Assembly (NCBI GenBank): GCA_963719205.1
Contig: CAVRAW010000001.1
Span: forward strand, 258,639 to 322,638
Reading direction: 5' to 3'
Length of the DNA stretch: 64,000 nucleotides
Source of the DNA: Pirellulales bacterium
Lineage (GTDB): Bacteria > Planctomycetota > Planctomycetia > Pirellulales > JADZDJ01
Shown here: piece by piece, positions 62,913 to 64,000 of the stretch
Numbering within the stretch: position 1 is the first letter of the stretch
How the letters are laid out: every line of letters starts with the position of its first letter
Made by a program: the position numbers and the translations under genes
The notes under the pieces: generated by a model
What the model was told of the DNA's origin: nothing
The model's input: only the letters and a program-made list of their open reading frames with translations
The model's database searches: none

Positions 62913-64000
62913 TCACTTGGAACGACAAACCTGTTTCCCTTCGGCTAGCGCGTCAATGAGGCGGTTAATATCGCTGTCGTCGGCATAAGCGTGCGGACTA
63001 ATCCGCAATTTATCCGAGCGCTGGCTCAGGCTGACTTGTTTCGTCGCACAGTGCCGCTTCAAAGCGAACGAATCGTGCCCCGGGAATTCAAACGTCACGA
63101 TTCCCGAGCATTGCTTCGGCCGATCGCGGGAACTGAAAATCACGGCCCCAATTTCTTGCAGACGCCGACAGCACTCGTCGGTAATTTCCAAAATGCGCCG
63201 GCCAATCTGGTCGATCCCCAGGCCGGTGAGCAAGTTCAAGCTGGCCCCCAGCCCGGCGAAACCGACGCTATTGGGCGAACCGCCTTCGTAGCGATCGGCG
63301 GATGGCTTCACGCGGAATTCGATGTGCGTGAAATCGCCGCCCCCCACCATGCTGCTCCAACCCATGCCAATGGGCCGTAGCTTGGGCAGATGCTCGCGGC
63401 GGATGAACAGCAGCCCTGCCCCTTCGGGCCCGAGCATCCATTTATGGCCGTCGGCGGCGAAGAAATCGATGGGGGTTTGCCGCACGTCCAAAGGAAATGC
63501 CCCGACGGCCTGAATCGCGTCAACAAACAGCAATGCTCCCCGGCGATGGACCATTGCGGCGGCCGCGTTCAAATCGGTGCGCCAGCCGCTTAAGAATCCG
63601 ACCCAACTGAGCGACACGATTCGCGTGCGCTTGTCGCAAGCCGCCTCAAGGCGATTCAAATCGAGCCGCCCCCCTTCGACCGGCACACGGCGGACCTCGA
63701 CTCCGCGGCTTTCCAGGTTCAGCCACGGATATTGATTGGATGGGAACTCGTCGGCCGGCACCACCACGTTTTCGCCGACTTGCCATGGATAGCCTTCAGC
63801 TACCAGCGTAATGCCCTCGGTGGTGCTGCGGATCAGCCCGATTTCTTCAGGCTCGGCGCCCACCATGGCGGCCGCCGACTTGCGAGCGTCCTGCATCCGC
63901 CGCTCCCAGCGAGCCCACGCCGTTCCGCCCTCTTCGGTCGCTTCGGTGAGCCACTGGGCGATCGCGTCGCGTGCCGGAGCGGTTATGGGGGCCACCGCGG
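62913..64000 (-). CDS. Class V aminotransferase (cysteine desulfurase / epimerase-like), 5' end outside the window
   Basis: ..ALLFVDAIQAVGAFPLDV....DFFAADGHKWMLGPEGAGLLF.. includes the PLP-lysine HK motif. The frame stays open to the window edge, and the usual N-terminal ~20-30 aa are missing. Confidence 0.85.
   Translation of the reverse strand, partial: AVAPITAPARDAIAQWLTEATEEGGTAWARWERRMQDARKSAAAMVGAEPEEIGLIRSTTEGITLVAEGYPWQVGENVVVPADEFPSNQYPWLNLESRGVEVRRVPVEGGRLDLNRLEAACDKRTRIVSLSWVGFLSGWRTDLNAAAAMVHRRGALLFVDAIQAVGAFPLDVRQTPIDFFAADGHKWMLGPEGAGLLFIRREHLPKLRPIGMGWSSMVGGGDFTHIEFRVKPSADRYEGGSPNSVGFAGLGASLNLLTGLGIDQIGRRILEITDECCRRLQEIGAVIFSSRDRPKQCSGIVTFEFPGHDSFALKRHCATKQVSLSQRSDKLRISPHAYADDSDINRLIDALAEGKQVCRSK

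Overview
High-GC chromosomal window whose gene content looks like a Planctomycetota (Pirellulales-like) genome. Family names are recalled from memory, with no searches run. Lineage markers are a DUF1559/H-X9-DG pseudopilin-like protein, DUF1598- and DUF1570-like proteins, two BBP7-type outer-membrane barrels, a PEP-CTERM protein and two giant secreted repeat proteins. Housekeeping genes are dnaA (23718-25223, with a near-consensus promoter), argG, metH, trpB-trpA, trpE, mutM, coaD, mcsA-mcsB, a LOG-family gene, an HtrA-type protease, a SulP transporter, an ABC ATPase and a kup fragment. I recognised no rRNA, tRNA, CRISPR array or transposase. Four things stand out. (1) About 17 reading-frame breaks plus one in-frame TAG hit roughly a third of the genes, and every break I could localise lies on or next to a GCGC/(GC)n motif. 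This looks like a systematic consensus error, possibly linked to DNA modification, or much less likely real slippage. (2) The 2312-aa adhesin gene contains 8 identical 297-bp tandem repeats. (3) Both giant secreted proteins share an N-terminal ExLExRxxL motif, and each lies next to a BBP7 barrel with a Cys-rich N-terminal tract. (4) A low-GC orphan gene bracketed by 20-bp inverted repeats sits between argG and metH. All coordinates were read by hand, so frameshift positions are approximate to a few nt.
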